Source: Podospora anserina
Taxonomy: Eukaryota
Assembly: GCA_017654855.1 (NCBI GenBank)
Contig: CM030338.1
Coordinates: forward strand, 3,286,001-3,350,000
Reading direction: 5' to 3'
DNA: 64,000 bases
A model generated the notes under the pieces. That model saw only the letters and a program-made list of their open reading frames with translations, was not told where the DNA came from and made no database searches. Shown here in pieces: positions 48,366-61,139 of this stretch (the first letter of the stretch is position 1; each line of letters begins with the position of its first letter). The translations under genes were made by a program, and so were the position numbers.

Positions 48366-49162
48366 CTCCAGGCGTGTACCCCTGTTTGATTGGTGACAGG
48401 GGTCACTCGGCAACAAAGCTGGGATCAAACCGCCAAATTCAACGTCACTTACACCAAAGACAGCAACATATGTGTGCCGTGTTCAACCACAACTTGCTAT
48501 ACTTACGTGAGGTTTTTTAGGATGGTATATTCATGTAGCTTGTAGTTTCCTGAGTAACTTGAAGCCTCAATAACCAGAAGATCATGACATGGGTCCATGG
48601 TGATAGGACAATACCTTCAAGCTCGCGGTAGTTATATGTAGAGCTCTAGTGCACAAGCCTATCAGGTACTGTGTTCTGTTTTCTCTCTTTCAAAAGAGAT
48701 TCATAACTCTCTTCTAAGCTTCTTTCACTTCCAAAAACCACAAGCATCCTGCTGTTCGAACTTCGAACTCTTGCACGACATTGATTATGGGGTGCAAGCC
48801 CAGTGCCGATCTATGGCCCCACCCGCACCCGTTTAGCTGGCCTTGGCAATCCCGCCCGCCAAAGATTGACGCAAGTGGGCTGGACGGATAAAAAAAATAT
48901 GGACAGCTTCAGCACTCGAGGACCCCCGATAAGCCAGCACAGCTCAACCATCAGCCAACCCCCAACCTCGAGGGACCTTTGATCGATTGACCGAGAACTC
49001 TGTCAAACTACCGGCCGAAACAAATTGTCACGAAAACCTATACGGCACAGGAACTCCAAGGATCGCTTTGCGCCAGAGTGTCAAGAAGCCAACGGGAGAG
49101 GACTTGGACAGAGTTATCAAACAAAGTAAAGTGCTGCGCATTGCGCACCAGATACCGCAGCC

Positions 49163-51517
49163 ATGTTCGTCTGTCGGTCATGCATCATCAACATGGGCGG
49201 GATGCGCCCCCCAATACTGCTCGAATCAAGGCTCTTGCGCCCTCTGCAACTAGCCATCCGCAACCCCAGTTCTGCCCGCCGCAAATATTCAACACACAAG
49301 TCTCTCGCCGAAGCGTATGGCGTCAATCGAAGAGACCTGGAAAAAGGGTTGGAGCAGGTCAAGGGCTGGATAGGGGTGGATGTGCCAGCAGAGATGGTTC
49401 TTGACCAGAACGAGATCCGAGCAGCGTTAGGAGAGGACGGCAGGCGGAACGGGCCCTACGTGCGAGAAAAAGAAAAGCAGGCTCTCCGACGACCGAAGAA
49501 GCTCAAAATGCGGGAGGCCATGAGATCCAATGCCGAGTGGGAAACGAGTTCCGAACCGCCTCAGTCCAGCGTTCTTACGACCGAGGATATTGAGGAGGCG
49601 TTGAAGCAGGCGCAAGAATCAGAGGAACCAAAAGTTGCCAGTACGCCCGAGGAATCATTCCGAAATTCGTACCCAAGCAACAAGGAGCTCACGGATACTG
49701 GATCGGAAGAATTGCCCAGTCAACAATTGCTCAAGGTTAAAAAGGTCGTCAAGAAGCATCTCCAGTACCTCAAAGACCCCCTTCACATCGGCAACCACGT
49801 CAAGAAAGCACTCGCTGCCGGCAACTGGGACGAGGCCCTCATGATGACCCGTATGGCCTCGGTGGATACCAAGGTTGAGGTGTCCTGGAACCACCTGATC
49901 GACTACCAACTGGACAAGGGGCGCCTCCAGGCTGCTATCAAGACTTTCAATGAAATGAAAAAGCGAGGACAAAGGCCAAACGCAAGAACATACACTGTTC
50001 TTTTCAGAGGCTGTGCTGCCTCGGCGCATCCCAAGACAGCAGTGGCCGAAGCCACAAAGATCTACCGCTCCATGCTCAGCAAACACCAAGTCGGAGGCAT
50101 GACACTCGAGCCGACAACCATTCACATGAATGCGGTCCTTGACGTCTGCGGGCGAGCAAACGATCTCGACAGCATGTTTCAAATTCTTGAAACCGCCAAT
50201 AACGGTTTGAGAAGCCCCGACTCGATCACGTTTACCATCGTGTTGAACGCCCTGAGATTCGAGGTCAAATCACACACATACAAGTTTTCCGAGTTTTCGG
50301 ATGCCCAGATCAGACGAAATGTGGAGCAGTCCATCCAGAAAGCGAGAGTAGTCTGGGAGGACGTGGTGGCGAGATGGAGAAGCGGCAGGCTCATCATGGA
50401 TGAGCAGCTGGTGTTGGCCATGAGCCAAGTTTTGTTGCCGGGTGACAAGAAGGAGAAGGGGAGCATTTTTGATCTCTTGAAACAGACCATGTTGCTCCCG
50501 GTGCCAGATTCCATCAGCAGGAAGCTTCGTCGGGCAACACAGGCGCGAGAGCAAAGGGCGGCAGAGCAAGCAGCACGGGAGCAAGAGGAGGAGGGTTTGG
50601 AGGAAGAAGAGGTTGACGAAGTTGGAAAGGCCCCTCCCCCGCCCGCCTTGAGAGCAGGTCTTGCCAGGACAGGACCGGCTGCCACGATTCAATACGCCAA
50701 CCCGGGACGACAAACGTTGACATTGGTCATGGAGGTGCTTTCTGATCTGAAGCAGACAGCGATTGCGCCAAAGTACTGGGAGTATATGACTGAGACGCTC
50801 GAGATCGAGCCCGATCACATCAACTACAACACATACCTCAAGTGCTTGCGAGTTGGTCATGCATCAGGTGAGGTGGCCAAAATCATTGCCTCTTATCCTC
50901 CGAGTATGCTCAACCGAGTGACTTTCCGTCTCGGTATGAACTCGTGCGTCAACGACCGGAACAACACCAACGTCTTTGACAACGGAACGAAAATCATCGA
51001 CATCATGCTCAAGGAGCTGAAGAAGCCCGATCTTTTGACCATGCGTCTGTACCTGCACTTGGCGCGTATCGCCAAGACCAAGTTCCGAAAGCAGGATAAT
51101 GAGACCAGATATCAGTACGGAGAGCAGATTAGCAACACCATCCTCCGGCTTTTCCCAGTGTTGAACACACACGCGAGGACCCTGGCCTGGTCGGAGGAGC
51201 CGACAAAGTCTCCGCTGGAAGCGCTCGAGGCCAACAAGGAAGAGGTAAAGGAGGCGATGGCTACTGCCCGGCATATGATCTCGGCCATTGATGTGGCTTG
51301 TCATGAAAGGCTTGTGAGACCGGCGGTGGCGAAGCAGCTTATGGGGAAGAGGAGGAGTCTCAGTATTATGATTGAAGGGTTTTTGGAGAGGTTATATCCA
51401 GAGAGGCGAGCAGGGCGGCAGAACCCAAGCCCAGATCTGAAGGATGAAGACTGGGTAAAGAATGCGAGTACTGATGAGATCACGGAGGATGTAAAGGAGA
51501 ATTGGAGGTGGGAGTAA
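49163..51517 (+). CDS. Pentatricopeptide-repeat (PPR) protein, probably mitochondrial (784 aa)
   Basis: PPR motifs VSWNHLIDYQLDKGRLQAAIKTFNEMKKRGQRPNARTYTVLFRGC, IHMNAVLDVCGRA and PDSITFTIVLNAL; basic N-terminal presequence. Confidence 0.85.
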   Translation: MFVCRSCIINMGGMRPPILLESRLLRPLQLAIRNPSSARRKYSTHKSLAEAYGVNRRDLEKGLEQVKGWIGVDVPAEMVLDQNEIRAALGEDGRRNGPYVREKEKQALRRPKKLKMREAMRSNAEWETSSEPPQSSVLTTEDIEEALKQAQESEEPKVASTPEESFRNSYPSNKELTDTGSEELPSQQLLKVKKVVKKHLQYLKDPLHIGNHVKKALAAGNWDEALMMTRMASVDTKVEVSWNHLIDYQLDKGRLQAAIKTFNEMKKRGQRPNARTYTVLFRGCAASAHPKTAVAEATKIYRSMLSKHQVGGMTLEPTTIHMNAVLDVCGRANDLDSMFQILETANNGLRSPDSITFTIVLNALRFEVKSHTYKFSEFSDAQIRRNVEQSIQKARVVWEDVVARWRSGRLIMDEQLVLAMSQVLLPGDKKEKGSIFDLLKQTMLLPVPDSISRKLRRATQAREQRAAEQAAREQEEEGLEEEEVDEVGKAPPPPALRAGLARTGPAATIQYANPGRQTLTLVMEVLSDLKQTAIAPKYWEYMTETLEIEPDHINYNTYLKCLRVGHASGEVAKIIASYPPSMLNRVTFRLGMNSCVNDRNNTNVFDNGTKIIDIMLKELKKPDLLTMRLYLHLARIAKTKFRKQDNETRYQYGEQISNTILRLFPVLNTHARTLAWSEEPTKSPLEALEANKEEVKEAMATARHMISAIDVACHERLVRPAVAKQLMGKRRSLSIMIEGFLERLYPERRAGRQNPSPDLKDEDWVKNASTDEITEDVKENWRWE

Positions 51518-52112
51518 ATAAGGGGTTGTGAGAGGCTCGTGGTGTCTCTGTGTATAGTTAGTGAACATGCGGATGTACGATGCTGGCGTATAAGACTATT
51601 TGCTGCAAGTATCTCGATGGACTAATCTAATCAACCGAGATGTCTTTGAACCAAGAATTGCAGTTTGGTGCTCTGAAGCATGTTACCCTCATACAGTCTA
51701 CGACTTGAAGGTTTGTTAGCTCGGGCGCTCGGACCAGTAACTTTAAGTAACCATATCTTTTGGCTTATAATAACTACAACGAAGCGGGAAAATTGATAAA
51801 ATAGATGAATAAAGGCCCTCGAGTTTGGCAATACCCTTTTTTCCGCGTAAAAATTGGTGGTTGTGGAGGAAAGTTGTTAAGTTGTTAGAAGACGGCCCCA
51901 CTTTAACGAACTTTCAGGGATTGGAGTGTATAGTGAAGACTTGGGGTTGACATTGACACGTGCACGAGAAGGCGGACCAACTTGGCACGTGCGCAAGTGA
52001 AGGCCAGCTCCACCGACACGCTCGGGCCCTGCGCCCGGTTGAACGCGCTCCAAAGCGCGATGCAGTGGGTGCAACTTGGAGCTGGCATACGAAATCACCC
52101 AGCAACTTCGAG

Positions 52113-53266
52113 ATGGCTCCCACCAAGGATACTGTCAAAGTCGCAAGCGACTTTGAAAAAATCATTCAGGACGGTAAGAGTATTTGCGTCAAAGGCTTTG
52201 ATGACGAGTTCTAACCATCCCTCTTGTTGGCCACAGGTCGCGCCAGAAAGAAGAACGAGGCGCTCGCTGCCAAAATCTTTAGTACAGGTCGTCGCTCGAG
52301 CACTTCCGGTTCGAATGGCAGTGCTCCCAAGGTCGCCGCACCTGGCGGGACTCTCGCCAGCCGTGCTGGTGTGAAGAAGGTTCGATCTCTTCGTTTATTT
52401 TACACCTGCGGCTCCTATTCTGACCATATTAGCAACCTCCCAAGGGCCCCCGGCATAGTACCGGCAACATCAACGGTGAATGGACTCACGATCTCCACAC
52501 CCAACCTCCGAAAGGGCCCAAGGCCATGAACGGCAATACTTCCTCTCTCGCCACCCGCATCACGAACCCCAATGCGCCCCCATCACACGCACCCACCGGC
52601 CCCCGTGCGAAACGTCGCGCCGCGCAGATAGCGAATGGCTTGGAAAGATCGGGATTTCAGGTCCAGCCACCCTCAGGCCCCAAGCCACCCTCAGGCCCCA
52701 AGCCACCCTCAGGTCCCAAGCAAAAGCAGAAGCCGATTCCCACTGGTCCCTCTGCCAACAACAACGCATTCAACAAAGGCCTCAGCATCCGTGGTCTTGC
52801 TGGGCCCTATGTCGTCATGGCCCAAAACTTCGCCCCAGGCACTACCGCGGCCGATATCGAGTCTGCCATGACTCCTGTTGGTGGAATTATTACATCGTGC
52901 CGGATTCTCAAACAGAGCCCGATCGTCATCGCCGAAATCATCTTCGAAAGCAAGGAGGGTGCCGACAACGCTATTGCCATGTTCGACAAACAAACAGCCG
53001 ATGGGAGGGTTCTGAGCGTTTACCACAAAGTGCCGAATGTTCCCGCCCCTCACACCAGCAGTCAGAATAACCGAAACAGCGGTTACGATGAGGACGATAA
53101 CGTTATCGACGGCAGGTGGGGGTTTGAAGAGCCCATGCAGGTTGACTCTAATGGATCATCCTCTGGTGGCAACGGCAAGCCACCTCCTACTGGACCGAGC
53201 CTGTACTCTGATAGCTTGGTTAGTAAGGCCAACACCAACCGATGGGGCAGGGGTTTCAGAAGATGA
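52113..53266 (+). CDS. RRM-containing, low-complexity RNA-binding protein; exons 52113-52173, 52237-52379, 52433-53266 (345 aa)
   Basis: Introns 52174-52236 and 52380-52432 join in frame. WTHDLH motif, repeated P[TSK]GP motifs and RRM-like VVMAQNFAPGTTAADI..AEIIF..ADGRVLSVY. Confidence 0.75.
52664..52720 (+). repeat. 18-bp coding tandem repeat x3 encoding PPSGPK
   Basis: (gccaccctcaggccccaa)2 followed by gccaccctcaggtcccaa. Confidence 0.85.
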
Positions 53267-55796
53267 ATAAACCCGAGAGAAGGAGAAGCAAAAACGCGAG
53301 GATCTGTATCATATGTTTAGCCGACCTCCCCCGACATCACATTGCAACGCCATCTTCCTCTCCAATTATTGCTACCAGCGACGAGTTGGAGGTTGATGTT
53401 TCCTTGGCCAGTCTTCTCAGGGGCGGACAAGGCTGGCATCATGAGGGGCAGAGGATGGGTTGGGAGGGAGTTTTGGCTTTATAAGACCTACGATGGGACA
53501 AATAGTCGCAAAGACTGTCCCTGCAAAGCATGCAACGAAGCAGAGCAAGCGCGAGGATTTATTCATGGCTATGCAACAGTCACAAAGGATATGGGGGTAT
53601 AACATGGGAGGAGGGCTTTGGGACAAGGAGGAAAAAGAAGGGGACTGGCATGGCGTTGGAGGGCGTTTTTCTGCTTTTTCTTTCTGCTGGTAACCCCTCT
53701 GCCCCCGACATGGATAGCTTTTATTCCTTTGAGCTTGCCTCGATCAATGATAGCAAATGTAGATAATCAGTGTGAAGCGGTTGTGGGGTGATGATTTGGG
53801 TGGACAATTCAATATATTACACCTGTTCTTCAAGCTTCATTATTTACATAGTTACCTTCATTTATGACGACTAACTACCATCTTTACAACCCATTCAGCC
53901 GAAAGGCATACCGTTGCCGTTGGCTATCAATGCTTGGCATCTTTCCATAACGTACCTCATATCCAAATATCTTGTCGAATTTACAGGCATATAATTGTCT
54001 ACTCACGATGACCCGGTATTAACTTGCCCACCATGCTAACTTTGGCATTCTTCTCTTTTTTGCTGTCGGACCTCCCTTTTCCACTTGTATAGTTACGGCT
54101 GTCTGTCTTTAGGTGCATGACAGAGATACTCATAGTGAGACTTACCACCCAGATTTAAAAATAAGACTGCCACTTATGTGATATGCCTGTGAGGTCACAA
54201 CAGCTGCCCCATATATGTAAGCCTTCCTCCACTTCCCACTCACGACATTTTGACTGGATGCTGGGTGGGGATGGTGGTGATGGTGGTGGTGGAGTATTGA
54301 TGAGGAAATCTTGGGGTGGTTGTCTTTGATTTAGTTACTTTAGGACAAGCAGAGAGGACTGGGTCTTTTGGGGGGTTTTATTCGGGTTGGTTGGGGGAGC
54401 GGTTGGGGGTGGTTGTTTTTATCCATTCAGAACAGCTGTCACATTTTCATGTAGTACCCAACTTCAACCTGCTGTCTTGGTAAGTATTTTACACCGAGAT
54501 ATACACATCTTCTCTGCAAATATTTTCCTACATCCTCAAAGTTATATACACACATTCTCTCCTACACAAAAGATATATCAAAAGCAACAGCAAACAAAGC
54601 AACTCAGACATATAAATCTAGATTCGATCTCAAAAGATACAAAAAGCTATCAGCATCCCACAATGTACATGACAAGATAGGCATGTAGCTCACCTCATAA
54701 ACTCACTACCCACCTTACCTCACTCTCACCCCTTTATCCCCTACACTAATCACCATGTACCCCCGGCATCTTTCATCCTACATCCTACCCAACCCCTATA
54801 GACTTATCACCACGCAAAACATCACATCATTTCATCAAAAAAAAGTAATTTCGCAAGAAGAAAAAAACGTTGGCTAATTACACAAGACAAGAAAACCCAT
54901 CCCTCCCACGACCACAACCTCCCAGACATCATAGAGCCACCACACTCAAGTAAAGAAACCATTTCAAGAGCAACCTCCCAACCACAAAACATCCCCAAGC
55001 CACCTCAATACCAACAACCCCCCTTCTCCTCACATCAACAACCAGCACCAACACAAATCTTCAGCAGACAAAAAAAGCGCAAGCAAATCAATTTCAAAGC
55101 GGGGTAGAATGTGCTGTGCTCTCTGTGTGTGTGAGTGTGACTGTGAACATAATGGTATAAAAGGACAGGGAAGTACAAAAAGTGTAAAAAAAAGCAAAAG
55201 AAAAAGAAAAGCCAAAGTGCGTTTCATGCCTGCTGCCTGCTTCTCTTTCTTTCTCTTGCCCCCGCCCCCTTCCTTCCCTGCCGCTGTCCCTGCTTGAAAT
55301 TCCTTCTGCTTTATCCATTCCCTCCCTCTTCGCTTCCTTCCTCGCTTGCTCCTCGTAATATCCCCCTCTTCTTTCCCATGTTTCTCCCTGGTTGTAATCG
55401 TTGATGGCTGGGTCGCCGCAGCGTTTCGTAGTCAACAACAGAGTGTAGTTCTGTATACCTCACGCTGTCCATGTGGGCGTACCAGGTCTTCTGAATGCAA
55501 TAAGGGAGGGGGGCGAATAAGACGCCATGATATCCGGCGCTTGCTGTCAATCTCGGCTTTTGCGACTCCGGTCGATCGGCCATGCATCCTGCCTTTGGCT
55601 AATTTGTAACAATCTTTCAGCATTGCGCTCCAGAAACAATGTTTGGCTGTTGGGAGATCAGACCCACGACATGCGTCCAAAGGAGCCGCATGTCAAAACC
55701 ATCCGCTGCATGTAGCAAACTCCAACGCCCCCCTGCCCAGCATAAGTCCATGGCTGCGCCCATCTATCCAACTTGTGGCTTGGCTGGTTGGTGAAA

Positions 55797-58754
55797 TCAG
55801 TGCCAGGGGCTCTGGTTATTCCCCATGAACCCTTCCTCGAGTGTTCGCTCCTCCAGGTTGCGGATGAAGTTGCGTCCTGGCTGCTGGGCGCGGCTGCCCC
55901 TTCTACCTGTCCTGGTCGATGGCCCGCCCTGGTCCATGCCCACCAAGCCATCAGGAGGTGGTGGATAATAAGCAGGACTTGGCTGTAATCGAATCGGCTG
56001 GCTTGGGTCGAGGTGGCTGGCCACCCTTTGAATGGCAGCGGGAATACCGCTTTGTTGCTGCTCCATGGTCGAGGCACGCGGTCTGGGTTGTTGTTGCTGA
56101 CGGTTTTGCTGCGAATACATATTGACCTGTGGAATACCGCCGGCAGCATAGTTTGCTGGCGGCATTTGGGCAGGCGGTTGTTGTACGCCCATTTGGCCGT
56201 ACCCGCTCGGTTGGCTGGCATATGCAGGTGGCGCGCCGGTATGTGACCCGCTAGGAGAATACATGGTGTTGTTGGTGTACAAAGGTGGTTGCTGTGGATG
56301 CACTGGTTGTTGATACTGCGGTGCACCCATAGACCCGTATGCTCCCTGCGCCGCCGAGCTGGCCTGAGCCTGAGCCTGCGCTTGCTGTGCCCTCTGCTTG
56401 CTCAGAGCTTCGGCCTGAATCTGCTGCGTCGTGCCTGGGGCAGGCGATCTGTTCAGGGCGCTAGACTTGAGGTTCATTGGCGGCACAAACTGGCCGGTAT
56501 ACTTTTGTTGGGTGATGAAAGGGTGCAGTTTCGCTTGCTGTGGCGACCATCTCTCGAGTGGGTTGATCGTCAAGAGGCCCCTGACAAAGTCGATGAACGC
56601 GATGCGGTTATTCATCTCTGCAAAATCCAAGTCAGCTTTTTCCCCCTCGCCTGCGTATAGGCTTCAACATACCTCTATCAATCTCCGACTGCTTCATGTT
56701 CTTCCGGGGCATTGGATACGACTTGATGATCTCAGGCAGCGTGTTCGCCTGGAAATACTTCTTGCTGGGCTGCTCCTTGGTGTTGTGCTCCCGGGAATAC
56801 TGCTCCATGCTCTTCAGGTGATATGTCCGCCTGCCAAAATCATCCTGTCTCTTCTCGAAGAAATCACCAGCTTGTTTGCCCACCTCGATCATCCAGTTTG
56901 GTGGATTGCCAAGCATCTCAACGATTCGCGAAACCTGGTTGTACTCGGAGGATCCTGGGAACAAGGGTAGACCCAGGAACAGCTCGACCACGATGCACCC
57001 CAGCGACCACATATCGATTGCTGACGAATATGGTAAGCCTAGTAGAACTTCGGGTGATCGGTAGAAACGCGACTGGATGTACGTGTACACAGTTTGACGC
57101 TCGTCGCAGGCGGAGCCAAAGTCAATAATCTTGATAATCGGGCTCTCGAGGTTTTTCAGCAGGATGTTTTCGGGTTTGAGATCGCAATGAATCAGCCGCG
57201 CCTTGTTGAGCAGCGTAAGCCCGTTAAGCAGCTGCTGGGCAAAGACTCGGACCAGCGTCGTGCTCAACCCGCGGAACTGGTTCTGTTTGATGAGCTCGTA
57301 CAAGTTGACGCTCAACAGCTCGAAGACCAAGCACAGATGCTGCCTGTGAATGAATGTATCCTTGAGCCGGAGCAGATGATGATCGTCGTTCTTGTCGAGC
57401 TTGGTGTTGAGCTGCCAGCCGCGATTAGAACACAAGATCAGCTCTGTGAGGGAGATAGACCTACCAAGTCAAGCACAGACACCTCCATCATACTTTGGTT
57501 GAAGTAGGCGGTCCGGTTCTTGATCACCTTGACAGCCACGACCTCTTGGGTCTTGAGGTTTTGGCACTTGACAACCTGGCCGAAAGTACCTTGGCCAAGA
57601 ACATCCAAAATCAAGTAACGGTTCCTGACCCTCGCAGTTAGCTTTCGCTTCAACCTCTATCGCAATCAAGACTCCAACATACTTGTGCCCGGCTTCCTCA
57701 GAGCCCAGGATATCGTTGACATAGAGGATATAGTCACTATCCTCGTTATCAAACCCATCGTTCTTCACACCCTTGCTCGGTTTCGTCAGGACACGACGGG
57801 GATTCCGTGCCGAAGAGTACTTGAAACTGGGATTGCAAATCTGGTACGTGGCTGGAAGGTGCGCCGTGAGAGCTTGGAGAGGCTGTTGAGAAGTGTCAGT
57901 ACATACGTCACCGGCATGGGTTCAAAATCTCGGCAATCTGGACGTACACTGATGAAGCCTCCCTCAGGGTTGGCTCTCCGGAACGGCGGCTGCGCGCTGA
58001 TCTTGGGCTTCAGGTCAGATGGGCCTCGAATCTTCCTGAACTCGGGCACCGGGCCCTTGTCGTGCAATTGCATGGCTTGTTGGGGGGCACGCTTGGGAGA
58101 CTTGGGATCCATGTAAGAACCGTCCATGGCCGAGATGTTATTCGACGGCGAGTAGTTGTCTGGAATGGAGGAGTAGGGGTTTAAAGGAGGTAGCTGGGAG
58201 GCGGTTTGGCGACTACTGTTATAGTACGGGTTCTGCGGGGCATAGTCCGACGATCGGGTCGGCGACTGTCGTTGCTGGGGCTGCGCATACTGGCTACCTC
58301 CAGTTGACTTGTATGGTGATGTAGGAGACAAGACTTCCATGGGTGAGTATCGTTGCGCAGCGGTCGAGGGCTCTTGCTGCAAGTTCGCGGCTCGTCCACC
58401 AGAGAGGTGGTGGGAATGATGGGGGCGCAGGGGATACTTGACGCTGGAATTGACGCCGGAGTAGCCATCATGGGCATCCTGCATGGCGACGTCTCCGTTG
58501 CCGTCGCGAATCTGGGGACTGGTCATGGGCGAAGACGATGAAGATGCCTGCTGCACCTGCTGCTGCTGCTGCTGTTGTTGTTGTTGTTGCGGGTTTAAGC
58601 CGCCTTGGTACTGGTCATACTTGAAGCCGGCTGGAGGTTGCGCCGCGGGCTGTCCATTGCTGGAGTACTCTCTGGGCGACATCTGGCTGGAGCCGTTGTA
58701 TCGTCGTGAACCGCCAGCGCTGGTCGGCTCGGTGTATGACTGCCACTGCTCCAT
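55797..58754 (-). CDS. YAK1: DYRK-family kinase Yak1; exons 58754-57948, 57882-57683, 57624-57465, 57411-56673, 56617-55797 (908 aa)
   Basis: DNEDSDYILYVND (DH box), LGQGTFGQVVKC, HCDLKPENILL, DFGSAC and YTYIQSRFYRSPE (YxY); poly-Q N-terminus; four GT..AG introns. Confidence 0.95.
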
Positions 58755-61139
58755 GGCTGCGGGCACCTCGAGATGCTTCGCTCGGAGTGAGTTGCGTCGT
58801 CGTTTGCGATGCGATGTTGGAGTTGCTTGTGTCGCAGAGGGTTTGGGGCCTTTGGGCTCGAAAGTGGGAGGGGGGACCCGCTCAGCGACGGCGGAGGCGG
58901 GTCACTGTCGAGCCAAGCAACCGGGCAAGGTCTCAGGGATGGAGCCGTTTCTCAGCACGACCTGAGCTTGGAGCCTAGGTCACAGCAGGACAGGGGCGCT
59001 TGGGATCTTCTCTTGTTTTGCGCGAGCTAGGAGAAGCGGGAGAGAGAGCAGATCAACAAAAGGATGGACGAGAAATACCTAGGACAGACGGATCAGGATC
59101 TCATTGTGCCAGAGGTAGGAGGTACCTGTTGTGGGGGGGTTGAAAGAGCTGAGTTTGGCGGGAGTGGGAAAGTTTGGGAGAGCAACACCACGCACTGCAC
59201 CTACGGCACCGTGGGGACCACACGATTTGGCCGTGTCACGTCAGCGCCAACGTGAAAGCAATTTGCAAAGTAATCGCTCGGTAGCCAGCTTCGGGCTGCC
59301 TGCTGGCAATTCCTTTTTCGACGGAATTGGCTCTTCACTCGTTTTACTGTCTACAAAATGACATTTCCCCTGTCGTTGCGAGAAAACTCTTTATCTTGTT
59401 CTCTATCTTGTCGTTTCAGGTCTGCCTGTGGCAGCTGGAGGTCTTTGGCACACACATGCCACACACGACACAACAAGATGTGGCCCAAGCTTGATACCAC
59501 CGAATACGCGCTGGAGGGGCAAAAAAACCGCTGATCTGGCATCTGAATGTTACCGCATTACGACACTTTTCGCGATGATCCTTCCAAGCTGATTTCAGCA
59601 AGATGAAGACTGTTACTAAGTCTATATTGACAGAGGGTGCAGCGCGATAACAGAGATGCATATCGAGTGTGGTCTTCGGGATCCAACCGGGTGTATGAGC
59701 AAGAATCAGTTGCCATACCTAGACGGGGATGCAGCTATTCATTCAAACTTCCACGCCACTCGAAAAGCCGGGATTCTCTTGACCCTCAGTATATGAGGTG
59801 GCTGAACATGACTACGGAGTTTCGTCTTGATGGCTGGCATAATCACAAACCTACCTCCGTAAATGATATCAGTGACCACCCTCTTCGATAGCGACTTACA
59901 GTGGTTGCATTCTGGTGCTGGTCCCGCCCGGGTTCACCGTCGACTATTCGAATTTGACGACACCGAGGCTACAGAGGTTATCATTGGGGTTCAATCTGAA
60001 GATGAACAGACGTCAGCAAACTTGTGGTGTTGGGCATCAACTCCTCAACCCCCAATGTCTCAGTGCCCCTTCAAGCAGCAGGAGTCAGCATAGCCGCCCG
60101 TCTTTCCGCAGCAGTCAAGCAATCGTCCGGCCCAGAAAAAAAAAACCTTTTCCCCTGCTGTTTGCATGCATTGGGTTGATAGCCACCGGTGAGCCAATCG
60201 TAAGAATGCCGCACCGGGCGACCAATCAAGATCCGAGCTGCTGCACACAGATATCACCACTTCGTACAACTTCTCACAGCTCAAAAGATGAAAATGCGTA
60301 GTAGTAGAAGGAAAAAAGGGGAATCATCGACTTTCCAATTCATAACCCTCGCGTGGTTTTTGCCCGTTAGGCCCATTGTGTCCAAGCCTTAGCACCGATT
60401 TTTTACAATCTTCCCGCTTTCCAACCCAATCCAGTCCCCAGTCCAAGTGCATACTCCATCCGATATTAGGTGTCGGTCGTGGGACCTGTCAAGAAAAGAA
60501 GACAGACGTACAGGAAAACTAGCCGAGCGACTCCACGTTCCACCTTTTAATAGAGCGAGTATACCAAAAATGTCGTGTTCTCATCAGATATCAAGAGCAA
60601 TGAGAAAATGGGAAGTCAAGCTAAGGAAAAGGGCCCGAAAGTGTGCTCCCATGTGGTATCCTGAGCAGTGAAGAAGAAAAAGAACAGATCAAATCATTGT
60701 GAGAGGCGTTAGTCAGATCAGAACCAGAGAAAAAACAAAACTACAAAATCCCGAGAAGAAATGTCGAAAGTCCAAGATCAAAATCAAACCAAAATCAAAA
60801 AAGATCAACAGAGGTAAATCGTGACGTGAAAATATCACCAGCAAAGGAGAAGAGAAACAACAGAGAGAAAACGCATTCGAAAACGAGAAGAGTAAAGCAT
60901 CCGAAGAGAGGAGGAAGAAACGCAATAGCAGGCCCCAGATCCCAAACCCATATTCCCGAAATATCCATCCGAACCGTTGTTCATCGTTCAGATGATCCTC
61001 AAACCGCATGGCGAGCGCGAACGGTACGACGCGGATTCATGCGCCCACGCGCCAGGGCCTTCTGGCCAGATGAAAGAAAGGAAAGAGGCTTCGCAACTTT
61101 TCCGCCGCCGCATCTCTGGTATCGACGAGACCCGGACAA

